This document shows, one piece after another, positions 42,056-55,611 of a stretch of 64,000 nt of DNA. A model generated the notes under the pieces. The model did no database searches, was not told the DNA's origin, and saw only the letters and a program-made list of their open reading frames with translations. The DNA comes from Lama glama (taxonomy: Eukaryota): NCBI GenBank assembly GCA_028534125.1, contig CM052817.1, positions 30,940,001 to 31,004,000 of the forward strand, in the 5' to 3' direction. The position numbers were made by a program, and so were the translations under genes. Every line of letters starts with the position of its first letter. Position 1 is the first letter of the stretch.

Positions 42056-44504
42056 AAGTCCATAGGAAAAGCTTAACATAATATATTAAGAAATGAGCAT
42101 CAGAATAGAAATTGAAACTATAAAAAAGAAGAACTGGAAATCATAAAATTAGAATATATATTAGATGGATTAGCATCAGATTTTATACAATAGAAGAAGG
42201 GATTAGTGAGGTTGAAGGTAATATTGGACTTCGCTCCATTTTTCCATTGCCCCCATTCTTACCATAAATTCTACAACCTCAGGGATGTCTTAACTAACAC
42301 ATTCACTGTCGGTTTATATTTGGTACCATTGTGATTTATTCTTATGGCATCCTGTGCTTTTCCACCTTAGGACTTACCAAATTATTAAGTATATCTTTAT
42401 TTTTGCAATCATTTTTGTAACCTCTTTCTCTGTTAGATGCTAAGCTTCCCAAGGATATACACCAGGGTCCCTGTCTACTATGTTTATTGTTCTTTCTTTG
42501 GTGGCTAGAACTGAGAAAATACCAAATGAGCACTTTTTTAATGCAGGACTGCTGAAGACACGTTTTCCATTCAAGATGAATTCTTAGATACCACACAGGT
42601 ATTGAGTGTTATATCATAATGTTTTAGAAAATTCTTGTATATTCATAATAAGTAATAAAAAGAGACTGTCTATAGTCTATTTTAGCTTCTGCTCCAGACT
42701 TTCTGTTTCCATCACTTTGATTTTTAACATTTTTTCAAGCATGCTTTCTATCAGCCTCTGGTATTCTTCCTGAATCACAGTGATATAACATCATATAAGC
42801 ATAATCTTTAAAGGAGTGTTACGGCTAACATTTTATAAACTTCTTAAGATTTGGATGGAACAATAATAGATGGTACCATCTCAAGGAGATTATAATCATC
42901 CCCGTAGCTGCTTAGCTTTTCCAGTTCCTGACTTCCTTAACCTCTTCTAAAACCAGGAGCTCAGGCAATGTGTCAATAACAAAGCAAGTGTATTACTTCA
43001 TCTGCTCAGTGCATCATCTCCAGCAGTGAAGTTAATAATGCAACCTGTGTGGTGTTTAAAAATGCTACCCCCTGGTTAAATGTTAAAAATAGAAAATGAT
43101 ATTAGATATTTCCTTTTAATATAATGGTTGAATGATCCTTCTCTTTCCTTTTAGATTCTTATAAACAGTTGAATTCAAATGGCATGTATGCTCTGGTCTC
43201 AGACAATTTCATTCGAGGGGTCCCTAATTTCAGCCTTGGTACCCTAGCACATAGGGTTTGATCATTTATCACATGTTACTGTGATAGCCTTGGCTGGGCA
43301 GTCCTGCCAAGTGGTATCTGCACTGAAGCTTCAAAAGTGCTTGCTTTGCCTTGAGTTATATTTCTACTCATTGCACTGAAGCATCTTTTTATACGAGTAC
43401 AGATGTTCAATCCAGACATTAGGAGAGTTTCGACCTCCAAGGTGATTAAAAACTATGGATTTATAAACCCCTCAGGCATCATTTGAAACTAAAGATTGTA
43501 TTTAGAGTTTTGAAAGATAGATTTCTCTGTACAGCTAGGCTGGAAGTAAGCTACTTCTGGGCTACTTTCATACTAACTGGGAACAAAATTAAAAGTCTAA
43601 AATAAAGTCTATAAGAAAAGATTAATATAATACATGAAGAAATGGGGAGTATCAGAATAGGAATTGAAACTATAAAAAAAGATCCAGTGGAAATCCTAGA
43701 ATTAAAAATATTTATTAGGTGGTTGTATCTGCTGGCCACAATGGTTTTATATATGGTCATATCTGCTGGCCACAATGCCCGCCTAATTGCAAATAGATCC
43801 ACCCAAGATGAAAAGATTGCATGAGTGATCTGTGACTAGAGATGGATTCAAAATCATTCTAAGTCATGGCGGACACTGGTGGGATCTGCTGAAGAGTCAT
43901 ACCCAGTGTACACTTGGAACCCCAACAATCAAGAAGCAGAACTTTCCCCCTTCAGAATCAGATACTGATACCGTAATTTGCCTTCTTTCCTCCCATTCCT
44001 GTTCTTTACGGTGAATCACCTACACTTTCAGACTACTTTCTAAATGTAAATCAGTTCTGTATTTTGATTAATTCCAGGATACAAAATGCATGTGAAAATA
44101 GACTTCATAAAGGTAAACAGCTCTCTCCTCAAGTCTAGCTTAGACTAGCTTGAACCCATATTAGCCTCTGAACCTGGGCCCCACCCCATATTATTGCTTT
44201 GCCCTCAGCTTCTAATGAAATATTAACCATTCTGACTCAGCAGCTGAATTCTGGAGAAATCCAGGCAGGACCTTTGATTTCTAATGACAGCCTGTGCTAA
44301 CAGTTCATGAATGTCTTTAGCCCTCGAACCCCTGCCCAAATCTGGCTTGGTCTGTGTTTTGTTCTCTAGTCTTAGCTTAATTTAGCTAATCTCCAGAGTC
44401 TTCAGCTGTCTAACCATCTAATTCTCCTTTCCAGGAATCCCAAAATCTGTCTCTCTCTCTCATCTTCTCTCTGGCATCTAGTCTCCAATTTCTTCTATTC
44501 TAAA

Positions 44505-45000
44505 CAGCTAGGATTCTTTTGTGAATGAGAGAGAAATCTAACTTACTTAAGAAAATCTTAACTTAACTTAAGAAAAATCTAACTGACTTAAGAAAAAAAA
44601 AAGGAGGGGAGGGAATTTTTTGACCCGCACAACTGAAAGGTCCAGCAAAGTTTCTAATTCCACCTGTGGCTACATCCAGATATTCAAACAATGTCATCAG
44701 AAAGCATATCTCGTCTTCTCTTAATTCGGCTTTCATTTATGTTAGCTTTATTTTCAGTAGACCCTTCTCTCGTGGTGGTCCCCAAACTCCAAAGTTTATA
44801 CTGTCAAAGCTCTTCAACCTCAGCACAAAGTACTTTCTTATACCCAAGCGTTCCAACAACATAAGTCCTAGGATTGAGTCTTTTGGGGCCAACTCGCATC
44901 ATATTCTCATGCAGAAATCAATCCCTCTGACCAGGAAGATGGAAATCCCTAAATGCCCAGGTCTGCATCACAGGCTTGTCCCTCGAGCCTAGAAGATGCA
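44505..45000 (-). mobile_element. Old MLT1-like LTR remnant with an internal ~21-bp triplication (44533-44598)
   Basis: ggattcttttgtgaatgagagagaaatctaact... and tggctacatccagatattcaaacaatgtcatcag. Confidence 0.5.
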
Positions 45001-46969
45001 ATCATTTCCACCTCGATCACGTGCAACAAACAAAAGTCAAGGCAACACTATCAGAGGAAAGTGGAATGGAATCAGACAGGTCAAACCTATAGGCATCCAC
45101 CACGACCCATCCAGACCCTTTACCTAAAGGAAACCTCCAGACCCCTTAACATGGGACCCAAGGCCCACTGTGACCTCACTCTGCCTTCCTCTCCTGCCTC
45201 ACTTCTCCTGCCTCTCCGTTTCACTGACACACTCTTTGCTCCAAAAGTACGACTCACAGTTTTCCCGATATGCCTGCTTTGTTTTCACTCTTTGGAACCT
45301 TTGCTTGGCTGGCTCCCTAGAATTCACCTCTTGACTGATACCTTTCCTCACTCCTCAGGCTGAGTTGGTGCTCCTCTGATATCTTTCCACTGCACCTTTG
45401 CTTAGCTATTTTTTTTTAATTTAACAAATATTTAATGCGTTCATACTGTGTGAATACTGTCCGTGCACTAGAAAGCTAGTCAGTGATGAATAAAACAAAA
45501 GCCTACACTTGGATGGCAGAGACAGACAGTGAACATCACACAGACAAATACATCACACACAATGAACATCACACACACAAACACACGCGTGCCAGGTAAC
45601 AAAAAATTGCTATAAAGAAAAAAACAGTGGGTCTTGAATGCAGATACTGTATCTTCCATCTTTGGAGTTCCAATGCCTGTCACAGAGCATAGCACAAATC
45701 GGGCACTTAAAGTCTTTTTAAATAATAAGTGAACTAATTAATTACAAAACCAAAGGCATGACCTTAGAATTCACGTAATAATTGGGACCTTTTTTCCCAT
45801 TATACTCCTATTATTACAAAACAAAATTTTTAAGCCTTTCCCAAAATTAGAGCTCTTAGGTAGCTTTCAAAATTAAATAATATATATAATAAATATTTTC
45901 TAATGAAGGGCATTTATTCTAATTAGGGACAGTCAGTGGTACAATAATGGGTGATATTAATATATTGCTTTCAACCTATGTTGATGCTTTAAGTGGCCCT
46001 AACATATCTTTTCCCAGAAGTTCCCTTCTCCTGAAATCTCTGTATTAGAATCCAAGCTGATTGATAAAACCACACTGCCCATGGGTTACAATCTTCTCCA
46101 ATCCTCAGAAATGCTGTGTTGATTGTCTTCAGAAACCCTGGCTAATGCAGTAAGAAGATTCTGCCTGATGAGATGCAATAACAAGGACTTACCCACTTAG
46201 GTGTAGAACCTACAAGCCCCAAGATGTTCACACACAATGGACATTACACATTCTGAGTATCTCCTTTACAACCATGTGAAAAACCGTTATTACTCTGGCC
46301 AAAATCACTTTTCTATACCTGAGAGCAAAACATTGCTGATGACATTTTAAATGAGTATTTTAAGGGGTTTTACTGAAAATACATCTGGAATATGGCCCCT
46401 ATTTGCATCCTTCAGAATTGAATAAATTTTCTGGTTATAATGCATTTTATATTTAATTGTAAAAAAAAAAAAGGACTCATCTTAAATATTGGGACTCCCT
46501 AAGCAATCAGTGTGTGTTTGGCTCAGGAATAAAATGCCCTTTTGTATAAAATAGCTTCTACTTTCTTGTTTCCATCATTCTCTTCTCAAAGCCCCCTAAG
46601 TTCCCACTAACATCAATTTAAGAAGTCACTCTCCAGCCACGTTATGTATTTCTCAGGCTTGAACTGTGCATATTTGTAATTAATTCTCAGTTGCCTGGAA
46701 GTAACTACTCTGTGGATTTTTCATCTGCCACAACTAAAGGCCAAGTACACCAGAACAAACTAGGACCCTTGGAATGTGTGTGTGAAATGCAGACTGGGAA
46801 GACCTTTCTCTAGAAAAAATGAGCTCAAACTTGTATTTTTAACAAGCTTTCCAATTGACTTGGATGCACAATAATGTCCGAGAACCACTACCCTAAAGAT
46901 TTTAGCCACTCAGGGATCTTCAGCCATCAAAACTCAAACAGAGCCCAACAGATGACTCTAAATCTGAGT

Positions 46970-47670
46970 TTCTCATTCAGACGTTTACTCAGTCTCCTTG
47001 GGGCTATCTCAGGCTCTGTTCTGGAAAAGCAAGGGGGATAGAAAGTGATGAACAGCAGCAGAGAAAAAGCAGCTGCCCTCCTGGCGCTTACACTTCAGTT
47101 GAGGTTACTGAAAAATGTATAAATAAATATGTGATATAATGGCAGATGATACTCACTGCGAAGAAAATGATGACAAGCTAGCCAGGTAACAATTCTCACA
47201 AGAGCGTTTTGGGAGAGAGGAACAGCAAGTGAAAGTGGCCTGAGGACTTAGGAGCATCAAGGGACAGCCAACAAGAGGCCAGTCTGGCTGGAAAAGAGAG
47301 TTCAAGGAGCAGAGTGGTAGGAGATAAGGACAGAGGTGTCTGCAGGAGCCAAATCACATAGTGCTTTGTGGATTTGGATGAGAAAATTGGATTTTATTTC
47401 ATGGCTTAGAAAGTTGCTAGATTTAAACAGAAGACATGGTCTGTTTCACATTTAAAAGGGATCACTCCAGCTGTTATGTAGAGAAAAGACCACAGGGTAG
47501 CGTTCCTGGGAAAAGGAAGATAAATTATGCTGCCAGGGATGTTTGTGGGGAGAAGCCGTCAAATTCAGGATACATTTAAAAGCGGAGCCATTACGACCTG
47601 CTCATACATTGGATGAGAGAAATGACGGGAAACAAGGAATACAGGATAAATTTAGCAGCTGAGCAACATT
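46970..47670 (-). mobile_element. LINE-2 fragment
   Basis: gagaggaacagcaagtgaaag...gaggccagtctggctgga...tttaaaagggatcactccagctgttatgtagagaa. Confidence 0.75.
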
Positions 47671-48599
47671 CTGGAAAATTTGCCAATTGTTTCATTTGAT
47701 CTGCATCTTTTTCCTTCTCTGTTCCCTGAATTATATTATATGAGATTTGTTTAGGTTTATGTAGATCTGTACCTAACCTTCAGTTGCTTCTTGAAATGAT
47801 GAAGTTTCCACTTCTGCCATGAGCTGTCAGAACATGCAAAGAGATATGCAAACCATCTCTAGCAAAACTCCCATTCCCCAGCCTCCAGCCCCCCTATTTA
47901 AAAAAAGAAGAAAAAGTTGTAGGAATCTGACGCCAGGGGATGGGAGTTTCATGGCCCTGGTGAGAGCTGATGATGGACAGTGACATCACAAATTCAGTGT
48001 ATGAGCCAGATGGGTGGATGGAAGACATGTGGTTCCACACTCTGCAGGGAACGCAGCCGAGCGCGCTGGACAGTTTCGTTCAGTAGACTGCAGGCTTCTG
48101 GAGGGTAGCCCATGCTTCAGCCAGCACCCCTTCACTTGGCTTCCTGCTCTGTAGGACTTAGGAGCATCAAGGGACGAGCCACTCAGTAACGGGAATCTAA
48201 TTGAATTGGCTAACAGTAAGGAAATCACTTTATGTTTGCAAAGTAGATTGAGCCCAGAGGTATTTCTTAACAGGGCTTTAAAAGTGCCACTGAAAACAAG
48301 ATTATATTTTATCCCAATTACACTGAAATGAGTTCTGCTATATTTATATACTGAAAATATCCAGAACAGTTCAGTTTGGTGAGTGGCAACATTTTTCACA
48401 GCCTAAGGCATTCTTTGGGGACATTGGGGGCAGAGAGAAGGAGCGGATGAATGAGATGGGAGGGTTGGGAAAAGGTTAAATCCAGGTTAGAAAGTGAGTG
48501 TGTACATTCACCTAGGGTTTCTACTGAGGGAAGACATGCAGCCAGCACATCAGTGTTTCCCAAGCTTTAGTCACCCTCATGATTTTCACCATCCCTTTT

Positions 48600-48953
48600 G
48601 CACCAAAGTTCTCCAGAGAAATGGAGCCAATAGAAACAGAACCAACTTACAGGCAAAAAAGATACTTATTTTAAGGAATTGGCTCACTCGATTGTCGAGA
48701 ACTGAAATCTGCAGAGTGAGCAGAAAACTCAGGGGGGATTTCTGTGCTACAGTCTTGAGGCAGGATTTCTTCTTCGCCAGGAAACTTCAGTTTTTGCTCT
48801 CAAGACTTCAAAGTGATAGGATCCGGCCACCCAGGTCATCAAGTAGAATCTTCTCTACTTACAGCAGCTGATTGAAATTATCAATCACATCTACAAAATA
48901 TTTTCACAGCAACATCTAGACAAGTCAAGTTGACACATAAAATTAACCATCAT
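48600..48953 (-). mobile_element. MLT2 (MLT2D-like) LTR
   Basis: ttctccagagaaa...ttattttaaggaattggctcac...tcacagcaacatctaga...caagttgacacataaaattaaccatca. Confidence 0.85.
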
Positions 48954-51900
48954 GCCCTTTTACCACTTGCCTATCTATCTATATTTCATTCATCCGTTCA
49001 TTCAATAGATATTTATTGAATGTTCCTATATGCCAAGCACTTTTCTCAGCTCTGGAGACATAGTGAATAAAACAAAGTCCCTGCTCTCCTGGAGTGACAT
49101 CCTAGTGGGAAATTCTGGGGAGGAGCAAGAGCAAGTTGGACAAGAAGAGAGAGGACCAAGAGTTCTGCTCTGGCCAGTTTAAGATTGAGATGCCTTTAAA
49201 CATTCATGTACAGGCTGTCCTGTAGTCAGGTCAGTTAAAAAAAAAAGGAAATGTGAATTACCTTAAATTTTTCACTCATTATAATGAAATATGAGGATGA
49301 ACGTAATGTTAAGAAAAACGTGCACAAAGTCATCAAGTTAGTGTGCTAGTTAGATTTTTCTAAATACATTAAAAGCGATGTATATAGCTGTTTTGTTTTC
49401 TTCATAATGCTACTCCATTTTTAAAAACCAATTTTATGGGGAAAAAGCATATTGTCTGTTCATTTTATAAGAATGTATAAGCACCAGCAGTTCTAGAACC
49501 ATACCTCCTTTGTTCACTGCTATCTCCCTAGGACTGTTGTGTCCTCAGAATTTAAAAGCAAGATATTGTGATTGATAAGCACTGTGCTGCAGGCAAGAGG
49601 GAGAAGGTTGACCAGCCAGGAGCTGTCTCTCCCCATCTCCGGCTTTTATGCAGTGAAATTCCAGGTTTTCCTTTATATGTGAGCACTCCAAGATTTGCCT
49701 GTAGTCAGGAAAATATTCAGGAGGGACCTTCAAGAGGGAAAATGAGAGACAGACTCAGCAGGCAAGGAGAAGGTGGATCTCATGTGATCAAAGTGAGCAC
49801 ATTTCAAAAAGCCTGCTAGAAGGAGCACCGAGTTGGAAAGAGGTCACAGTATTTGTCCAGCAAAACATTTAGAACCAACAGGAGATGGGGGCAATCACAG
49901 GGTTTGGAGAATCACAGGAGAATATAAAACTAAGGGGCTTTATTAGTTGAGATCTTTGGAATTTGGAAACGTGGGACCTAATGTCCTGTTGCTCGTGGAG
50001 GGGCTGATTTCTCCATCGTTGTCTGGAACAGTGCCTGATGCAAAGTAGGCTCTCAATAAACACATAGTGAGGAAATGAGTGAGGGAATGAATGAACTGTT
50101 AACACTTTAACATTTATCCATCGTGCACCTAAAATTACTTCATATAGCCCATAAATACACCTGTCTAATAGGGAGTGTGGGGAGGATGAAGGATTAGCAA
50201 ACCTCTGGGGCTGCAGATCTAAAACCACATTCTCTGTTTCCCTTTATTAGACATCTCGCACTTTGATCGTCTATCTGAAGGGAAGAGAGAGGCTCATTTG
50301 TTGCCCCCCCCATTATATTCATTTTCTCTAAACTTAGGTTCAGTGATGCTCTAAACTTAAAAGAAAGAATCAGTGATGGTTTGACGATTATGTGGTTAAT
50401 ATAATAAAGCCATTGCCCTCAGTATTAGACAGACTTACCTCCCCAATCACTGGAACCCCGAACAACTGAAAGCCTTACCCCCCCAAAGCAGCAGGTTCAA
50501 AGCACAGCCCTGTGGATTGCACCTTCTCTGGAAGCAGATCAGAGGGAGACAAGATTCTAGAAGGCACGTAGCCACGTATGCCTGCCTCCTTCCAAATGTA
50601 CCCATGAGATAGGTCAGTGGGGAGCAGTGAAAGAGAAGAAATGGAAAAGAAGCCAGAAGTGTTCCTTCCGTGGCTTGTCTCCTGGGGATTGGAGTGGGAA
50701 GTCCCTTCCTTTACGGCAGCAGGAAGGGTGGGGAGCGATATCTCACTGAACAATTATTACAACATTAGCAACACTTTAGGAAATCTGTTAGTCCGTGTCT
50801 GCCCTAGAAATCCAGTGTGTTGGCATCTTCATTTGCCTCATTTCCTTCTGTCTTAAGGTTTAAAAATCTTCAGTGTCTGGATCGTGCCCAACTCAGATGT
50901 TGATATTTCCTTACTAACTTGGGCAGTGGTTGACCATTGAAGATGCTGAAGCAATGCCCAGTGTGGCTCCTTGCTGCTTTGAAGACGTGAATAGACAATG
51001 GTCACTTTTCCCATGAATAGTATTTTGGGGAAGCTGTGCCCAATATGGATATAAGGATCCCTTGGGGGTCTTTATATGGTTGAGGTGAAGGGAAAGCGAC
51101 TCTTCTCCAAAGGGCAGGGGTTAAGGCAAAGCCAACCAGAAATTTGCTGGTGTAGCAGTGATGTGGCTACCACACACCCACCTCACCAGGCAGCAAAAAC
51201 TTGGAGGGTGGAGGATAAAATTTCATACCTCTAAAGAAATACTTATGCACACCATCATACACACACTCACCCACACACACACAAACACAAATGCACACAC
51301 ACACTCTGTAACACCAGCCTTTAGGATAAGTTTTGGACCATATAGGAGAAAGAATGGAGATGAGCAATAACTGTTACACAACACTCCTTATTTTTCCAAG
51401 CAGAGAACATGGTAATGTTGATTTAGCAATAGTAATGAAATCAGCTTTCATGGGCAGCTGCAGGACCGGATTCATTATTTTATATGTCAAGCCACTTAAA
51501 ATTATGATTTCTAGCTCAGTGGCAGAATATTTGGGGGGATTTCCACAAACTAATAAACCTTATGCAATTTATAAGTACCTTTGAGTCTGTGCTAACAGTA
51601 AGCAAAATATCTTGATAAAATGTATCTTGTTTGTCATGACTTCTGTTTAATGAGGAGCATCTGTATGCTTCACTGGCTGATTCTAATTCTAGTAACTTGT
51701 TTACTTTAGAGGGATTTCATAATGCTGTAACTTAATGATGCATACAGTGCCAAGCAAGTGATCCCGTCTTGCAAGTATTTTTTGCTAGTATGCTGTGTCT
51801 TCTGCCTGGAATATTCTCCATAATCGAACTCTGTCAATAATTAGAAACAAACTCTTGAGATTACCCAATGAAAACCTTTCATTTATGGATGAGAAAACTG

Positions 51901-52539
51901 AGTAATAATAAAACTAGGATAAGAACACAGTTTTCAACTCCCAGTCCTTTATTCTGTCCTCTACCCGTCCTTTAAGACTCAATACAAGCCCCACCTCATC
52001 ATGAAACCTTCCATGAACCCCAATGATTTCTCACTTTTATGAGCCGCTAAACCTGGTCTATCCTGTACCATTTAGAATTTGGTTAAAAATTCTTGTCACT
52101 TCCAATATTACGTCTTACTCTTGTTCTAAGGAGATTATTAGCTCAAGGACTAAAGTCCATGTTTGATGAGTCTCTTGACTGTTCCACAGTGCCTAGCAAA
52201 ATCACGTGCACCACCTTATCTTCTGATGTCCTTGTCCCTTCTCTAACAAATCCAGGGCTTTGTTCCTTGTCACTTCAGCCCTGCCATTCTCTTTAGTAAC
52301 ATAAATTTCCATATACACGACTTTTTCGACCATAGGTTTACACTACATTATATAAAAATATATATACATGTCCTTGACACCTAGCACTATAGCTGGCACA
52401 TAGTAAGCAGTCAATAAAGGTTTGTTGAAAGAGAGATTTCTTGAGGTTACTATAACCAAGGAAGGTACACAGAGGAAGAAGCATTTAAATTGAGCCTTGA
52501 GGAAAACATATTGATGAATTTGCAATGAGGAGGAAAAAA

Positions 52540-52745
52540 TGATATTTGAGACAGAGAGTATCCTATGTTTGAATTCTAAATTGGGTACTTACTATTGGTT
52601 TGATTTTAGGCAATTTACTTAACCTATCTGAGCCTCAGTTTCCCCATCTTCTGAACTAGGATAACATTATATATTTTATAGTGTGATGAAAAATGACTGA
52701 GACAATTACACAGTAGGATTCAATACATAGTAATTACTACTAATA
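52540..52745 (+). mobile_element. MIR SINE
   Basis: taggcaatttacttaacctatctgagcctcagtttccccatct. Confidence 0.8.
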
Positions 52746-53199
52746 ATAACAAAATAAATAATAACTCCTTGAATAAAGAAACCAATAAGTATGCTGAGTG
52801 AGGGCAAAGTGAGCAGCCCAGTTAGACCAGAGCAAAATCCTTCACAGAGGGAAACGGTGATAGGTGAGAATGGAGGGAGAGATAGAAGCCAGATTCAGCC
52901 ACCACTTCTCTCTCTAATCAACTTGAGGCTTAAAGCCATCGACTGCATCACTAACTTCACTGCAGGTTGTGGTGATGGTCGAGGGGTGTGAAGTGGTTCA
53001 TTCTCAGTAAAAAAAAAAAAAAGCTCAGAAGCTTGGAAATAGACAAGACATGGGTTGGCACTTACTGGGGTGTAAACTTGAGGCAGATTGTTGTTGTAAG
53101 TATTAAACAAGTAATATATATGAAGCATCTACCATAGTACTAGGCCCATGGTGGACACTCAATAAATCTTAGTTATCTCAGCTGTGATGGATGTACCAC

Positions 53200-53716
53200 T
53201 GTTACCAGAGAGTAGGTTCTTGTTTCACGCAGGAAGGAATTCAAGAGAGAGCCATAGTGAAGTGAAAATGAGTTTATTTAGAGAGATACACATTCCATAG
53301 ACAGTGCAGTTTGTCTTGAAGGGAGAGCAACTCCAGAGCACAAGGTCATCTAAGAAAGTGAGAGCCATCCTCGGGTGAGCGTGTGGTTAGTTTTTATGGG
53401 CTGGGTAATTTCATGTGCTAGCAAGTGGGAGGATCATCCCAACTATTTTAAGGATAGGGGCAGGGATCTCCTGGAATTGGGTTACCACCAACTTTTTGAC
53501 CTTTTATGGTTAGCCTGGGAACTGTCATGGCACCTGTGAGTATGTCATTTAGCACGCTAGTGTATTACAATGAGCGTATAAGCAGGCTGAAGGTCTATTA
53601 GAAGTCAAATCTTCCACCATTTTGGGTCTAGTTGGTTCTAACCACTCTGTGTTGTAGCCTCAACGGCTATGTCATTTTTTTAATGGTTGTGCCCTACCTC
53701 CTTCCTTCCTGTCTCA
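53200..53716 (-). mobile_element. Lineage-specific ERV1 solo LTR (517 bp) in intron 8
   Basis: TG...CA ends (tgttaccagag...cctgtctca), perfect 4-bp TSD CCAC (53196-53199 / 53717-53720), AATAAA on the minus strand (gagtttattta near 53272). Confidence 0.85.
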
Positions 53717-54099
53717 CCACCATCACATCTCACTCTCGATACTTTTCTTTCTCCGTTTGTCTTTGCCTCTTTCTATGCTTTTCTCTCTTTCTTCCTCAGT
53801 AGGTCATTTGCTTACCTACCCAAACCTTGGTCTTTCCATAAGTGTTCACTGAGGTCAATGTCATCTGAAAGTATTTACAGAGCACCTACAATAAGTCAGG
53901 CACTGTGCTAATAACTAAATTTAAACACAGCTGCCTGGACTGCCCTTGGAAGTACTTCAGACTCATGTGCATGAATGAGCCATATCCCCTCCAGATAAAT
54001 CAGTTTGCAAAGTACATCAGCTTGAAGTTAAAGCCACACTGTAGGCCAAAGGTACTCACGATTCCTGTTGTTCCACAAGTGTATGTGTGGGCATAGCAT

Positions 54100-54620
54100 A
54101 GAGAAAAGCCAGGAAGCCTGGGAGACGTATCACTGGAATGGTAGGAAGTAACAGTGAACAATGGTGGAGACACAAAACTAAAGTATAATCAGGCATATCG
54201 TTTCAACACGTGAATCCATCCCACTTCTGGTAATTTAGCTGGAGGAAATAATTATGGATATGCATAAAGATTTAGCTAAAAAATATTCTTTGCAGGTTTG
54301 TTTATTTAATAGTACAAAAGTAAAGCAAGCCTTAACATCCAAAGATAGACTGATTCAATTATGGTTTATCCATGTCAGCTATGATACATAATGCCACAGA
54401 AGAATATTTATTAACATGGAAAGGTGACCAGACTATACTACTAACTACAAAAGCAGATTGCAAAGCAAAATACACTAGGTGAGCCTGTGTTTGTAAGTAT
54501 ATATGAATAGAAAAAAAGAGGTGGGTTAGCAAGATGTTAAAAATAATGGACTCTGAAGGTGAATTTATGAATTTTTACTATTTAATTTTTGTTTCCTGAT
54601 TGCTTCCAGTTTTAAATGTT
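54100..54620 (+). mobile_element. L1ME-like 3' end
   Basis: atcccacttctggtaatttagctggaggaaataatt...gaatatttattaacatggaaagg...aaaagcagattgcaaa. Confidence 0.65.
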
Positions 54621-54629
54621 TCCATGTAT

Positions 54630-55124
54630 CACTTTTGTGTATACATATATATGGCATTTTTTCATATACATATGGCATCTTTTCTTGTTACAAAATATAT
54701 GTTTACACATAATGTATATATATATATGGATTCAGTAAATGGTAGTTATTAATAACAAAAATTATACATTTCATATATTTATATATAACATGTGAGTATT
54801 ATATATAATAACTATATATTGTATATTCTTATGCGAGCTCACAGAAAACACCATGACACACATGTGTGCACACACGCACACATATGTACTCCTGTTCTGT
54901 GAGTGGTGATAAATGATGGATGGATGGATGAATGGATATATTAGATTAGACAGATAATAAATGGCCGGTAGATGAGATGATGGGTTAGATAGATCGTAAA
55001 CAGTAGATTAGATTGATTGATTATATGATGGACTAGATAAATAGATTGTAGACAGAGACGACTGAGAGACAGATGCATACATAGATACACAGATAGATGT
55101 TAGATTGATAGATAGGTAGATAGA

Positions 55125-55125
<1 letters not shown>
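54630..55125. repeat. Compound simple-repeat block: (TA)/(CA)-rich, then (GGAT)n and degenerate (GATA)n
   Basis: Directly visible; ends about 140 nt upstream of the exon 9 acceptor. Confidence 0.85.

Positions 55126-55611
<486 letters not shown>

Noticed and set aside
43726..44600. Short direct repeats as a CRISPR-like or other programmed array
   Set aside because: Only 2-3 units with no regular repeat-spacer series; mammalian intron with no cas or recombinase genes.
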